A stretch of DNA of 64,000 bases from Patescibacteria group bacterium (GCA_041645215.1 JBAZQK010000004.1:2475-66474); one strand, 5' to 3'; positions 28,813 to 39,433 are shown, numbered from the stretch's first letter. The notes: a model not told the origin generated them from the sequence alone. Numbers and translations: made by a program.

Positions 28813-28861
28813 CACCTACTCCCTGCCTACCGGCAGGCAGGTACCGCTGAGCTACCCCGGA
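28813..28861 (-). pseudogene. Duplicated tRNA-Asn 5' fragment interrupted by CCTGCCTACCGGCAGGCAGG (28822-28841)
   Basis: CACCTACTC|REP|TACCGCTGAGCTACCCCGGA versus tRNA CACCTGCTC|TACCACTGAGCTACCCCGGA. Confidence 0.8.
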
Positions 28862-28999
28862 TTATTAAAGATCGCCTGCAAAAGAGCATCTCCTTAAAAG
28901 GAAATGCTCTTGTATACTAAACTATTCTTTCCCGCCTGACAAGGGTATGGCTGGTAAAACACCCTTGAAGAAATAAAAATTATTTGATACCATATCCTT

Positions 29000-29242
29000 A
29001 TGAGCGAACGCCATTACGAGAATGACAAGCCACCCAAAATGGAGGACGGTAAATTTTACAACATTGACCCGTTAATTGAAGTTAATGGTAAAATTTTTCG
29101 TAAAGTCCAATGCGAATACAGAAACCCAAGCAATCCTGATGAATATGCGGTCCGCGGTATTCCTGAAGGTAGTGATGAAATGAAATCTTTTGTATTGGGT
29201 TTTACGGACGATGGGGTAAAAATTACCGTAACTCAAGAATAA
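29000..29242 (+). CDS. Hypothetical protein
   Basis: 80 aa ORF with a natural composition. Confidence 0.6.
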   Translation: MSERHYENDKPPKMEDGKFYNIDPLIEVNGKIFRKVQCEYRNPSNPDEYAVRGIPEGSDEMKSFVLGFTDDGVKITVTQE

Positions 29243-29307
29243 AGAATTAAAAACTCCGATTGAAAGAGGGTCTTACCCGCCGCTACGCCGAATAAAGTAA
29301 AATCATT

Positions 29308-29754
29308 ATGAGCAATCCTGATAAAAATACCCAAAACGAAATGGCCCTGGCCGAATTCAGGCTATGCCAGGAACAAATAGACAAATACGACGCGTCTTTG
29401 GACCACATCAGAACTTGGACTATAACCTTGTGGATAGCCACGCTGGGTTGGTCGTTTCAGACCAAACGCCAGGAAGTGGTGCTTTTAAGCATGGTGGCGG
29501 TAATTATCTTCTGGCTGCTCGACGCTATTAACAAATCATTCCGCGAGAATTATAAAACGCGGCGTGACCAAATAGCTACGGCTCTGCAATTACTCTTTAA
29601 CCAAGGGGTCTTACCGGTAGGATTTTCTTCTCCTCAGCTCCCGGCTCATGAAAAACTATTCAGCCAGACTTTAAGGGTAATGTTTTATTTCCATACGGCC
29701 CTGGTCTACATTATTCTTTTAATAATTTCACTACTGCTTTACCTGCAAATTTAA
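29308..29754 (+). CDS. Hypothetical membrane protein
   Basis: Three TM segments, including IRTWTITLW and FWLLDA motifs. Confidence 0.75.
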   Translation: MSNPDKNTQNEMALAEFRLCQEQIDKYDASLDHIRTWTITLWIATLGWSFQTKRQEVVLLSMVAVIIFWLLDAINKSFRENYKTRRDQIATALQLLFNQGVLPVGFSSPQLPAHEKLFSQTLRVMFYFHTALVYIILLIISLLLYLQI

Positions 29755-29817
29755 AACCAATAAAGAACCGTCCCGATGTACATCGGAACGGTTCTTTAGT
29801 TAGGCAAAATTTAATAA

Positions 29818-30846
29818 CTATGCCTTATCCAAAAAGTCAGTCCAACGTTTGGCTGTACGCTCTTTCCACACGCCTGAGTGATAGGCGTACGCCGCAATTA
29901 AAGGTAAGGTCAGGGTGGCTTCGGCATACACCATTTGTTCGTAAGTGGTTTCCACTTTCCCCCAGGAACTCGCCTCTTTCAAAGTAGAACTGGAACAAGC
30001 GCCATCGCGCACATCCGCCACCGTCAGCTGCACTGCGTACTTGTGCATAGGTACTTCGTGCCCTAAGACTTCGGCAGCCACCACTGTGTCCTGGGCAAAA
30101 TTCTTAGGCACACCGCCGCCAATCATTAGTAAACCGGTTAAGGGCGCGGCCATTTTAATTTTAGTTAGTTCCAAAAAATCTTTGACTGAATCAATCGCCA
30201 CGTGTTTTTCAGGATGATGATACTGGTGATAAACCAAACCAAAACCGGCTGACGAATCGGAAAAAGCCGGACAGAAAATCGGCACACCCTGCTCGTAAGC
30301 AACTTGGACTAATGAATCCGGTTTTTTAGCTCCGCCATTTTTCAAGAATTTACCCATCTCCCGGATAAATTCACGAGATGAATATGGTTTAGCTTCCAGA
30401 CTGTCGGCAATTTTAGCCACCGCGCTGTCACACTCTTTAAGTTCATCCTCATTAATAAAAGTGTCGTAGATGCGGTCAATGTGCAAGTCGCGCATCAGAT
30501 TGTCGTCAACAAACGGCGTGCCTTGATAATGTTTAAACCCCAGTGCTTCAAAAAAATCCATATCCACGATGGAGGCGCCAGTGGCCACAATCACATCTAC
30601 CATGTGATTTTTCACCAAATCAACGTAAACCTGCATACAACCAGCCGCGCTGGTGGAACCGGCCAACGTTAAAATAACCGTACCGCCTTTTTCCGCCAGC
30701 ATCATCTTGTAAATTTCCGCCGCCCGGGCTAGGTCGCGTGAGGAAAATGACATTTTGCTCATGGCCGGCACTAAATACGACGGGTCAATTTTGGTAAAAT
30801 CAATATGTTCAATTGGCTCTTTTAGGAAATCAGCTTGAGTAGGCAT
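29818..30846 (-). CDS. Deoxyhypusine synthase-like protein (homospermidine/SpeY family)
   Basis: IVATGA, IDRIYD, PIFCPAFSDSSAG, GGGVPKNF, GACSSSTLKEASSWGK, AEAT. Confidence 0.92.
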   Translation of the reverse strand: MPTQADFLKEPIEHIDFTKIDPSYLVPAMSKMSFSSRDLARAAEIYKMMLAEKGGTVILTLAGSTSAAGCMQVYVDLVKNHMVDVIVATGASIVDMDFFEALGFKHYQGTPFVDDNLMRDLHIDRIYDTFINEDELKECDSAVAKIADSLEAKPYSSREFIREMGKFLKNGGAKKPDSLVQVAYEQGVPIFCPAFSDSSAGFGLVYHQYHHPEKHVAIDSVKDFLELTKIKMAAPLTGLLMIGGGVPKNFAQDTVVAAEVLGHEVPMHKYAVQLTVADVRDGACSSSTLKEASSWGKVETTYEQMVYAEATLTLPLIAAYAYHSGVWKERTAKRWTDFLDKA

Positions 30847-31149
30847 AGAAAATTAGAATTACGAATTATGAATGATGAATTAAGAATAATCCATTAAAAA
30901 TCCTAAATCTTAAAACTTAAATCCCCGCCTGCCAAAGCTAAAGTCCTGAAAGATAATCTAACTATGAATATAAGTACTGTAATTCAAAGAGCTACTAGTT
31001 AATCAGGTAAGGCTAGCGGCGGGCAGGCTAAATAAATACCAAATCCCAAAATATAAATCTATTCAGTAATCAATTTAATGTTTATATGTTAATTTTGGGC
31101 TTGGTAGATTGGGAATTATTTCCCGCCCGAAGCGGGTCGGCCTATGGTG

Positions 31150-31190
31150 GAAGAAATTAGGATTTAGGAATTAGGAATTAGAAATTAACT
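31150..31190. repeat. Imperfect heptamer repeats (TTAGGAA)n; similar tracts near 30850-30920 and 32235-32340
   Basis: Visible 7-nt periodicity. Confidence 0.55.
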
Positions 31191-31327
31191 TCTAGTAGTC
31201 TTTCAACTTACGAAACCTCAATAATAAAATAATAACATACGCGAGTCAGAAAATCAAAACCATCTCTTTAATCATTTGGTGCTGTCTAGGGGGGTTTATT
31301 TTGTCAATAAATTATATTCACTAATAA

Positions 31328-32230
31328 TTAATTATTTTTCTCACGCTCATCACGCGACAAAAGATCTAAAACCTCATAATTCTTAATTGGCTTAATAATT
31401 TCATCCTCTAAAATCATTCTGACGGTATTTTTATGTTTTTCCCAGGCTTTATCGTCTTGAAACCTTTCGCGCCGACGAATATACCAACTGTCCCACCAAC
31501 TTTTTAAAACTTGCGCCAATTTCTCTACGGAAATTTGCTTAGGACTGCCCGCCACCGCAATTTGCAAATTTTCTTTTACCACCCGATTATCAAATGGCGT
31601 GCCGTCAGCATTCCATTCTAGGGGTGGCAAACGGTAATATACTTGCTCACCATTACCCGGTTTATAAAGCCTTCGCATGCCGTTTCCAGGCTCTATTTCA
31701 AAACCATTCCAATAGGCCTCGGACTGATCAACTGCTTCGCCAACCAATACTTCCAATTTTTTCCCTGGATGCATTAACTCTTGCTGTTCTCGCGCCACTC
31801 CCAAAAGAAGCTCATCAACTCTCTGACTTAGGCCAGTCCCGCGATAGCCTCTGAATCCCTTAAATCCCGGCTTTTTCTCTTGTTTAGAAACAGGATAGCC
31901 AAGATAAAGTTTTGCTTCGGTTAAGGTAAAACGTATGGCCAAAATGCCATCCTGAACCGAACCATAAGCTCCGCTGACAAACTTATTATCAAGAGGATCT
32001 TTCAGCAAAGTACAGATGAAACGAGTTTTTGAATCCGGGTTTTTATTTCGGCTCATCTCTTCTTGAAAAACCTCCAATGACTCAACCTCGCCAGGTTTAA
32101 AATTTTTTTCCAGAAAAGCATGAAAATCGGCCAATGATTCTGCTTCAGGAGATAATATAACTTCTGCTTGATTACCAACACGCGTATACATATCTCTAAT
32201 GTCCTGCGCTGGAAATTCTCCTAACTTCAT
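31328..32230 (-). CDS. Hypothetical protein (possible degenerate GNAT fold)
   Basis: 300 aa ORF. YRGTGLS resembles GNAT motif A. Confidence 0.7.
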   Translation of the reverse strand: MKLGEFPAQDIRDMYTRVGNQAEVILSPEAESLADFHAFLEKNFKPGEVESLEVFQEEMSRNKNPDSKTRFICTLLKDPLDNKFVSGAYGSVQDGILAIRFTLTEAKLYLGYPVSKQEKKPGFKGFRGYRGTGLSQRVDELLLGVAREQQELMHPGKKLEVLVGEAVDQSEAYWNGFEIEPGNGMRRLYKPGNGEQVYYRLPPLEWNADGTPFDNRVVKENLQIAVAGSPKQISVEKLAQVLKSWWDSWYIRRRERFQDDKAWEKHKNTVRMILEDEIIKPIKNYEVLDLLSRDEREKNN

Positions 32231-32344
32231 ATATTAAAATCAAAAGTTAAAATTACAAATCAAACCCAAATTCCTAATTTCAAATTTTGACATTTAGTCA
32301 TTTAGTCATTGATTTGACATTTGAAATTAAAAATTTGTCATTAA

Positions 32345-33631
32345 CTAGTAGTCTTTCAGCTTGCGCATATCAAAATGATCCTGAATGCGCTCCAAGGCCT
32401 TAGCCTCAATCTGCCGAATGCGTTCGCGCGTCACGCCGAATTCCTGCCCCACCTCTTCCAAAGTGTGCGACACGCCGTCATGCAAACCAAACCGCATTTC
32501 CAAAATCTTCTGCTCGCGCGGCGTCAATTCCTGCACGATCGCCTTAACATGGTCGCGCAACAGCTGCATCGCCGCCACGCGGTCGGGCGACACTGTCTTA
32601 ATGTCCTCAATAAAATCACCCAAGGTGGAATCTTCGTCGTCCTCGCCGACTGATGTTTCTAAACTAATAGTTTCCTGGGAAATTTTTATAATATGATGAA
32701 TCTTTTCTATCGGCTCGCCCATTTCCGCGGCAATTTCCTCGGGCAACGGCTGGCGCCCCAAATCCTGAATTAATTGGCGTTCAATCTGCTGAAAACGGTT
32801 AATGGTTTCTACCATATGCACGGGAATGCGAATCGTGCGCGATTGGTCGGCCAAAGCGCGCGTAATCGCCTGACGAATCCACCAGGTGGCGTAAGTCGAA
32901 AATTTGTAGCCCTTGCGATAATCAAACTTTTCCACCGCTCGGAACATGCCGATATTACCCTCCTGAATTAAATCCAGCAACGATAATGATTTACCAGTGA
33001 ATTTTTTGGCAATTGATACCACCAAACGCAAGTTTGATTCAATCAAGCGTCGTTTGGCCTCTTGGTCGCCGCGCTCCTTACGCTTGGCCAAGACAATTTC
33101 CTCGTCGGCTTTTAACAACGGCACCTTACCAATTTCCCGTAAATACATTTGTATGGAGTCGGTCGAAATTTCCGAAAGATCATAAGGTTTTTTATCATTG
33201 GAAAGCCCGGCTCGTTTAAAAATACCCTCCTTTTTTTCGGCCATATCCAAAATACTGCCCTCGGTTTCCAATACCTGAATACCCTGCTTATCCAAATCAT
33301 CCAAAAAAATATCGTAGCGGTCAATATATTCCTCCACCTCGGGAAAGACGGCTAAAGCCTCGTCTTCGGTTACAAAACCGCGCGTTCGGCTTTTTTTTAT
33401 AAGACCAAAAATTTCGTCCTCGTTCGGCTCCAGTATCAACGGTTTGGCTTGGAACCGGCTTTTAACTTTTTTAACCGCTGACTTCTTAGCTTTGGCAGTC
33501 TTGCCCTTAACTTTGACCTTGCCAGTTAGCTTAGTAAACCGCTTAACTTTTGGCTTAAGGCCGGCCTTGGGCTTGGTTCTGGCAGGCGGGCGGCTAATCT
33601 TAGCTTTAGCGGCCGATTTCTTTTTTACCAT
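32345..33631 (-). CDS. rpoD: RNA polymerase primary sigma factor with Lys/Ala-rich N-terminal extension
   Basis: [62 protein letters not shown]. Confidence 0.97.
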   Translation of the reverse strand: MVKKKSAAKAKISRPPARTKPKAGLKPKVKRFTKLTGKVKVKGKTAKAKKSAVKKVKSRFQAKPLILEPNEDEIFGLIKKSRTRGFVTEDEALAVFPEVEEYIDRYDIFLDDLDKQGIQVLETEGSILDMAEKKEGIFKRAGLSNDKKPYDLSEISTDSIQMYLREIGKVPLLKADEEIVLAKRKERGDQEAKRRLIESNLRLVVSIAKKFTGKSLSLLDLIQEGNIGMFRAVEKFDYRKGYKFSTYATWWIRQAITRALADQSRTIRIPVHMVETINRFQQIERQLIQDLGRQPLPEEIAAEMGEPIEKIHHIIKISQETISLETSVGEDDEDSTLGDFIEDIKTVSPDRVAAMQLLRDHVKAIVQELTPREQKILEMRFGLHDGVSHTLEEVGQEFGVTRERIRQIEAKALERIQDHFDMRKLKDY

Positions 33632-33633
33632 AA

Positions 33634-35418
33634 TTAATTTTGCGAGTTGGATAATTGCTGACTAATTTTATTAAAATGATCTAACAAACTGGCGAGCTCT
33701 TCCTGGCTCCCCCGTTTTTCCGCATCCTTAATAGACAAACTAAGCTGTTTAAGCTCATTACTAAAATAATGCCGTCTAAGCTGAATGAGTAAATTTTGCG
33801 CTTCTTTAACTGCCGCGGTCTCGTCATAATCGGCAAAATCGCGCTCACCCATCATACCTAAAGCATCAAACTGACGGACTAAATCCGCCTCCGCCCATAA
33901 TTCACTGCGAAACTCATCAATATCAAAATCCTGAACTTTATTATAATAAATCATTAGTCGTTTGTAAAGTTCGGACAAATCCTTTCCGGCTAACATTTCA
34001 AAAGGTAAATTAGCCATTAACTCATTCCAATCCCGCTTAAACTTAATCAGCAAGGCCAATAACCGTTCGGACATTAAGCGTGGCCGGTCAATATTAGGCA
34101 AAGGCGTGGCGGCTGATTCAACTGCCGTATTTTTGGTCGGAGTTAGTTGGGCAAATTTTTGCCGCAAAGCTAGCTCATCCGTACTTATGACGCGCGCCAA
34201 TTGTTTTAAATAATAATCTTGCTCCACCGGATCAGGTAGTTTACTGATAGCTTTAAGCAAACGATTAGCCGCTACTTTCTTGCCTTCGCGCGTGGCCACA
34301 TCAACCTCTTTTAAAACAGTCTTAAACGCATAATCAACTATGGGCAAGGCTTGGGCAACGGCCGCCTGCCAGGCGGCAGTATCTTGACGGGCGCATTCGT
34401 CAGGATCTTTGCCGAACGGCAAAATTATAACTTTAACCTCCATTTCTGCTTGCAACGCTAAATCAATACCGCGCTCGGAAGCGCTCCGACCCGCCAAGTC
34501 AGCATCAAAGGCAATTCTAATTTCATTAGTATAGCGTTTGATTAATTTAATTTGGTCCGGTGTTAAGGCCGTGCCTGATGTCGCCACTACATTCTTGGTG
34601 CCAGCTTGCCAGACGCCGATAACATCCATATAACCCTCCACCAAAACCGCGTAGCCTGCCTCTTTTATATAGCTCTTGGCGCGATTAAGGTTATAAACCA
34701 AAAAACTTTTATTATAGGCCGGCCCTTGGGGTGAATTAATATATTTAGCCTCCTTAGCCTCCGCTGTCAGAACACGACCGCCAAAACCAACTATGCGGTT
34801 TTGCGCGTCAGCTATCGGGAACATTAAGCGTTCGCGAAACCGATCATATATACCCGGCCCCCGCTCACTCTTGAGGGCCAAACCAGCCGCGACTAATTCG
34901 TTAATGGTAAAACCTTGTTGGCGCAAATAATTACTTAATTTATCCCATTCCGGCAAGCTATAACCAATGCCGAAAGTATTTATACTGTCGTCAGTTATTT
35001 GACGCTCCCGCAAATAGGCCCGGACAGTTTGGGCCAACGACGATTTAAGAAGCTGCTCCTGAAAAAACATTTGCGCCTTTTCCAAAGCGTGCAGTAAACG
35101 CAAACGCTGGCTTGATTCAGCTGGACTGACTTTGTCCAAAGTAACTTGCGCCCGCCGCGCCAGCATTTCCAGCGCCTCGGGAAAATCCATACTCTCTAAG
35201 CGCTGTATAAATTCAAAAATATCACCGCCGCTATTGCAGCCAAAACAATGCCAAATCTGGCGTTCACGCGACACCATAAAAGACGGCGTTTTTTCATTAT
35301 GAAACGGGCACAATCCCTTCCAATTTTGACCAGCTTGCTTTAGGCGCACATATTCACCCACCACATCTATAATATCCAAGCGGGCTTTGATTTGTTGAAT
35401 AACATCAGACGAGGCCAT
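33634..35418 (-). CDS. dnaG: DNA primase
   Basis: [15 protein letters not shown] zinc finger, KYINSP, VEGYMDV, FDADLAG, KDPD. Upstream of rpoD. Confidence 0.97.
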   Translation of the reverse strand: MASSDVIQQIKARLDIIDVVGEYVRLKQAGQNWKGLCPFHNEKTPSFMVSRERQIWHCFGCNSGGDIFEFIQRLESMDFPEALEMLARRAQVTLDKVSPAESSQRLRLLHALEKAQMFFQEQLLKSSLAQTVRAYLRERQITDDSINTFGIGYSLPEWDKLSNYLRQQGFTINELVAAGLALKSERGPGIYDRFRERLMFPIADAQNRIVGFGGRVLTAEAKEAKYINSPQGPAYNKSFLVYNLNRAKSYIKEAGYAVLVEGYMDVIGVWQAGTKNVVATSGTALTPDQIKLIKRYTNEIRIAFDADLAGRSASERGIDLALQAEMEVKVIILPFGKDPDECARQDTAAWQAAVAQALPIVDYAFKTVLKEVDVATREGKKVAANRLLKAISKLPDPVEQDYYLKQLARVISTDELALRQKFAQLTPTKNTAVESAATPLPNIDRPRLMSERLLALLIKFKRDWNELMANLPFEMLAGKDLSELYKRLMIYYNKVQDFDIDEFRSELWAEADLVRQFDALGMMGERDFADYDETAAVKEAQNLLIQLRRHYFSNELKQLSLSIKDAEKRGSQEELASLLDHFNKISQQLSNSQN

Positions 35419-35561
35419 AAACAACGGATGAATTAAATTATATACTATTCTTAGAGCGATATGTGAATATGATAGGTATCACCGCTTCATAGGTATTGTA
35501 AGGGGTTTAGAGAGCTTAGTCTATCAGTCTATTGAAGGGTATTTGGGCCGAAGGACCGCAG

Positions 35562-36197
35562 TTAGATAATTTTAATTTCAATAGAGCCTGACCCGATTTT
35601 TTTATACTCTTTGGGAAATTTATCAAGCTCAAATTCTATCGCCGTCAGGCTATCAATTCCTATACCATAACGCGCCTTAGCTTGTTTCATTTCTTGAACA
35701 AGCATCGTTTGTCTTTTTTTTTCCGTATAGTGTGGCTCTATTATTGTATTTTTTATAATCCCAAGACCCCTAAGGAGCCGACGCGGGCCGTCACGGCGGC
35801 CTGACCTAAAATACGTTCCCAAAACCATAGCACCGGCTGATTCACCAATAATATAAGAAGCATTTTTAATCAAATTTAATAACCGAGAATTTGATTTAAT
35901 TTTCTTAATTAGATTAACATGCTCGCTGCCACCGCTTATGAAAACTAACGGCGAACGAGCCTTGTTAATATCGGATTTATTGGCAGCATTAAGATAATTT
36001 ATTCCCGGCAAATGAATATGCCTATGGAACCAATCTCCACTCCATTCTATTTCTTGGGTTTGCGTGCGGGCAAAAGGAATATGAAGGACTTGTTTTACCC
36101 CCAAGCGTTTTATAACTTTTTCAATAAGTTTTAATTCCCGCGCTACCTGCCTGGGCTCAGCGCCGCCAAATAAAAATACTTTCATTGATTTATACAT
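35562..36197 (-). CDS. Peptidase S51 family (class I glutamine amidotransferase-like)
   Basis: FISGG, GESAGA nucleophile elbow, IEPHY, GIGIDSLTA. Confidence 0.85.
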   Translation of the reverse strand: MYKSMKVFLFGGAEPRQVARELKLIEKVIKRLGVKQVLHIPFARTQTQEIEWSGDWFHRHIHLPGINYLNAANKSDINKARSPLVFISGGSEHVNLIKKIKSNSRLLNLIKNASYIIGESAGAMVLGTYFRSGRRDGPRRLLRGLGIIKNTIIEPHYTEKKRQTMLVQEMKQAKARYGIGIDSLTAIEFELDKFPKEYKKIGSGSIEIKII

Positions 36198-36399
36198 TTA
36201 CTTATAAATTGGCCCTACCTTTCCTTAATTTTGGTAAAATTGAACAGGTACTATCTAATGTTACACTATAGAGAAATAATTTATTTGCGGGGTTCTACTC
36301 TGAACGAGCAGGACGGCGGGACTTCACTTTTCGCGCCTACGGAACTTGTGTCAACTAACGCTGATACGCCACTTTTTATGGTTAATGTTAATTATAATT

Positions 36400-37554
36400 T
36401 TACTCTTTTGCTTGCTCCAATAAAGGTTTAATCAATTGCATTTTCGGACCGAATTTCTTTCCTAGTTCTTTCGGTTGGGAAGAAACAATAGAAAGAATTT
36501 GTTCTTTTTCTTCGGCGGATATTTGCCCAGTGGAAATTAGAGTATCAAGTTTCTCTCCAAGAGTCAGAAGATTATACTTTTCCTCGCGAGGTATAATTTT
36601 TTCAATGTCCTCGGCGGTTAGAACCTTATCTTGTTTTTTTAAAGCGGTTAACTCGTTTTCTCTAAAAGTAGTGCCTTTATCCGTATATTGTTTAATAAGT
36701 AAAAAATTGTCACGCGACTTGGCTAGATTAGCAAAGTTACTTAAATTAGGTTTGCCGTCTGGTCCAAGCGAAGCTATTGTATCAATGTAAGATGCAACCA
36801 AAATAAACTTTTGCTGATTTTCAGAAAACCCCGGCTTTACAAAATGTCCTTCATAAGTCGCCGCGTTTATTTTGCCAAATTGGTAAGCCACCTCGTGTTT
36901 GCTTATGGCCGTAATAATTTCGGGTGGTATCCCCTTGTCTTTCAACATCTCGGCGGCCTTGTTCCCGTGTTGGCCATTTGCTCCTTCACTTGAATGAAAG
37001 TAAGAAATTGAGGTGATCAGTTTACCCTCGTGTTGGTAAGGAAGGCCATTTTTCTCAATATCTTTCCATTGTTCCCAAGTAATTTCAATTCCTTTTTTCT
37101 CAGCTTCAATTTTTAGAGTCAGACAATCGGGCTTAGCGACATCGTGAAGAAAAGTATAATCAATGAGAGCGGGATTAACGGCAGTTTTTTCCGGATTATT
37201 CCCTTCTCGCCTCACAGCGATACCCGCCATTGCTTCCCTTAAACTCACTTCCTTGAGTGATTCGTGAAATTGTCCATCTTTCATTGACTCTAGAGTTGCT
37301 AATATCAAAGAAAGATGAGAATCCATTCTAGGGCCTTCATTATGATGCTCACCTAGCTGTGGAGTCTCAAGCGAGGTTTTAATTTTTTCCGAGAGTTCGG
37401 GGAGTCTTTTACACACCTCGTTTAAGGCAATTTCAAAGTCCCTTTTTTGCAATTCTTTTACCCGCTGTTCGCCCATCGCCCTCTCCTTATTTGTCATCAT
37501 TGCTTCGGCCTGATTGATTTCTTCTGGCGGTGGTTCGTATTTTTCCATAGACAT
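36400..37554 (-). CDS. HD-domain protein
   Basis: HHNEG..DSH, LHDVAKP, H..H, KHE, and a terminal Asp. Confidence 0.8.
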   Translation of the reverse strand: MSMEKYEPPPEEINQAEAMMTNKERAMGEQRVKELQKRDFEIALNEVCKRLPELSEKIKTSLETPQLGEHHNEGPRMDSHLSLILATLESMKDGQFHESLKEVSLREAMAGIAVRREGNNPEKTAVNPALIDYTFLHDVAKPDCLTLKIEAEKKGIEITWEQWKDIEKNGLPYQHEGKLITSISYFHSSEGANGQHGNKAAEMLKDKGIPPEIITAISKHEVAYQFGKINAATYEGHFVKPGFSENQQKFILVASYIDTIASLGPDGKPNLSNFANLAKSRDNFLLIKQYTDKGTTFRENELTALKKQDKVLTAEDIEKIIPREEKYNLLTLGEKLDTLISTGQISAEEKEQILSIVSSQPKELGKKFGPKMQLIKPLLEQAKE

Positions 37555-37613
37555 ATTTGTAATGTTAAAAATTATTCTTCTAAAATTGTTATATCCTTAC
37601 TATATTATAACTT

Positions 37614-38165
37614 TTATTTAAACTCGCTAAAAGTAACTACAGTGATGTTATCCAGATTATAGCCGTAGTGCCTAAAGACTTCCCGTGCATCGCCGTCAAA
37701 TCTTTTTTCCCAATCAAGGCCGAGTTGATGGCAAACGTTTTTCAAAGATTCCACCGCCGGTCCTTCCATTTCCGCATAAACAGGAATCTTAGGCCAGGTG
37801 TCAATATCAATAGTTACGTCGCCCAGCTTAAAGGTATGCCGATACTTCTCTAATCGTCTTATCGCTTTTAATCCAGTACTTATTAAAAATTCCGAACATT
37901 CATTAAAATCCGATACTTCCAATTCAATTTCTTGCGCGCTGTCCACTGTTTGCCCCACATTCTCTTTATAAGTCAGCTTAACTTTATTTTTGGTTTGGCG
38001 TAGCCGCACAAACTTACCCTTTCCCTTCCACAATCCTTCTTTGTCGTGGAAAATTATTTCTGCCAATTTTTCTTCACCTTTATTAATCGCCCCGAGCGAA
38101 ACGAGTTTTTTGACCAGTTCATCTTTATTTATATCCAAAAACCTGGTTTCTATTTCCTTTTGCAT
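37614..38165 (-). CDS. CYTH domain protein (class IV adenylate cyclase-like)
   Basis: EIETRF, VRLR, LTYK, EIELEV, KYR, IDTWP, EMEG. Confidence 0.9.
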   Translation of the reverse strand: MQKEIETRFLDINKDELVKKLVSLGAINKGEEKLAEIIFHDKEGLWKGKGKFVRLRQTKNKVKLTYKENVGQTVDSAQEIELEVSDFNECSEFLISTGLKAIRRLEKYRHTFKLGDVTIDIDTWPKIPVYAEMEGPAVESLKNVCHQLGLDWEKRFDGDAREVFRHYGYNLDNITVVTFSEFK

Positions 38166-38307
38166 AACACCTAATTAAAATATTAATCCGCGGAAGGGGC
38201 AATCTGTCCCGTGGTGCCTTGCGGCCCATCCCGAGTTCCATCGGTCCGATGACTCCGTATGAGGCCGAGTATTGGGCTCCATCGGAGGACGCACTATATT
38301 TCCCTGT

Positions 38308-38402
38308 GCGGAGAGGAAGGCCCCGCAGTAGAACTGTAAATTCACTACGGGGTAAAGATTCGCCACCGCAGAGCGGGGTCCCGCTTGGCGGGAAACCCTA
38401 CC
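38308..38402 (-). pseudogene. tRNA-Ser 3'-end remnant interrupted by two palindromic insertions
   Basis: GCGGAGAGGAAGG-[ins]-GATTCG-[ins]-AACCC reconstructs a tRNA-Ser-like T-arm and acceptor end. Confidence 0.5.
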
Positions 38403-38430
38403 TTATCCTACTCATCTATCCCACCCAGAG

Positions 38431-38515
38431 CGGAGAGGGCGGGATTTGAACCCGCGATACCTTGCGGTATGCCGCCTTTCCAAGACGGTGCACTAGACCA
38501 CTATGCGACCTCTCC
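38431..38515 (-). tRNA. tRNA-Ser(GGA), CCA not encoded
   Basis: GGAGAGGTCGCATAGTGGTCTAGTGC-ACCGTC-TTGGAAA-GGCGG, long variable arm, GGTTCAAATCC..CTCTCCG. Confidence 0.93.
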
Positions 38516-38769
38516 GCTCTGGGCAAGATTCTCGCCCATGAGTATTTTAAATTGTATTCCCCCCTTATAGGATTTAATTTCTCTTTCCCGACGATACGCT
38601 TCAGACCTATTAGGAAAACTCTCTTGAAAATAAGCCTCCATGGCCGATAAGGCTTTGTTGAGCGAACTGTACCTCGGTTATGCTGTGTCAGTCGAACGTC
38701 AATATCTACAGCAGAACCAATGTAGTAACGGCCACTGCTTAAGCCTTTTAAAATATAAACGTAAAACAT
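38501..38769 (-). pseudogene. Small GIY-YIG nuclease with a 1-nt frameshift near 38627
   Basis: MFYVYILK..RYYIG..RLTQHN..STKPYRPW, then in the shifted frame ESFPNRSEAYRREREIKSYKGG..FK..GEVA*, ending inside tRNA-Ser. Confidence 0.8.
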
Positions 38770-38871
38770 AAGTTGCTTTCTACCGCTAAGCGGCATCCTC
38801 CCGCATACAGGGTCCCGCCATGCGGTGACGTCAGCGGGCCAAACAGACACACCCCGCATTCTGCGGGGTAA

Positions 38872-38917
38872 ACTAGACCACTTTACCCCGCCAGAGGCGG
38901 CGGTAGGCGATCTCTCC
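38872..38917 (-). pseudogene. Duplicated tRNA-Ser 5' fragment with palindromic insertion
   Basis: ACTAGACCACT-[ins]-AGGCGATCTCTCC versus tRNA ACTAGACCACTATGCGACCTCTCC. Confidence 0.7.
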
Positions 38918-39049
38918 ACTGGCTATATAATTAGGTAAATTTACACCGCAAGCGACTTTCACCTTAACACTTTTCGCCTAAAAAATAAAGCCCCCTAATC
39001 ATTCTTAATTGAAGATTAAAAGGGCCATAAAAAAGGGAAATACTAAACT

Positions 39050-39433
39050 CTAAACTCTACTCTTGGCGGCTGTTACGGTTTGGACCACAGAAATAATATT
39101 AGTGCCAATTATCTTAACGATGCCATTATCGTTTAAAACTTTTGTTTTAATAGCAGCAGCGGAGTTTTTCAACTCATCGTTAAATGACAAATTCTTTTCC
39201 AAAGTCATTAAGACATACCCATCATCACCTAAACTGTTGCTTAAAAGTTTTAGATCTTTTAAGTTTTTAATTGTAAAAGCCCCCAAGATAGGGCCCAATA
39301 TCAGATAAGCGGTTTCAATTGTAACATCAGACTTTGTTGGATTAGAGCCAGCAATCATTATTAACTCCTTGTTTTTAGTGATTATTTTAGCGGCATATTT
39401 TGTCGCGTTAATTAAAAGACCGATTTTATCCAA
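39050..39433 (-). CDS. Hypothetical protein (start uncertain)
   Basis: 127 aa ORF with a TTG start. Confidence 0.5.
   Translation of the reverse strand: MDKIGLLINATKYAAKIITKNKELIMIAGSNPTKSDVTIETAYLILGPILGAFTIKNLKDLKLLSNSLGDDGYVLMTLEKNLSFNDELKNSAAAIKTKVLNDNGIVKIIGTNIISVVQTVTAAKSRV

Noticed and set aside
38230-38275. Hammerhead-like CCGATGACTCCG..GAGGCCGAG
   Set aside because: The catalytic core CUGAUGA and GAAA are not intact.
38416-38919. 167-aa ORF as a single gene
   Set aside because: It is a chimera of palindromic DNA, the first half of the frameshifted GIY-YIG and read-through across tRNA-Ser.
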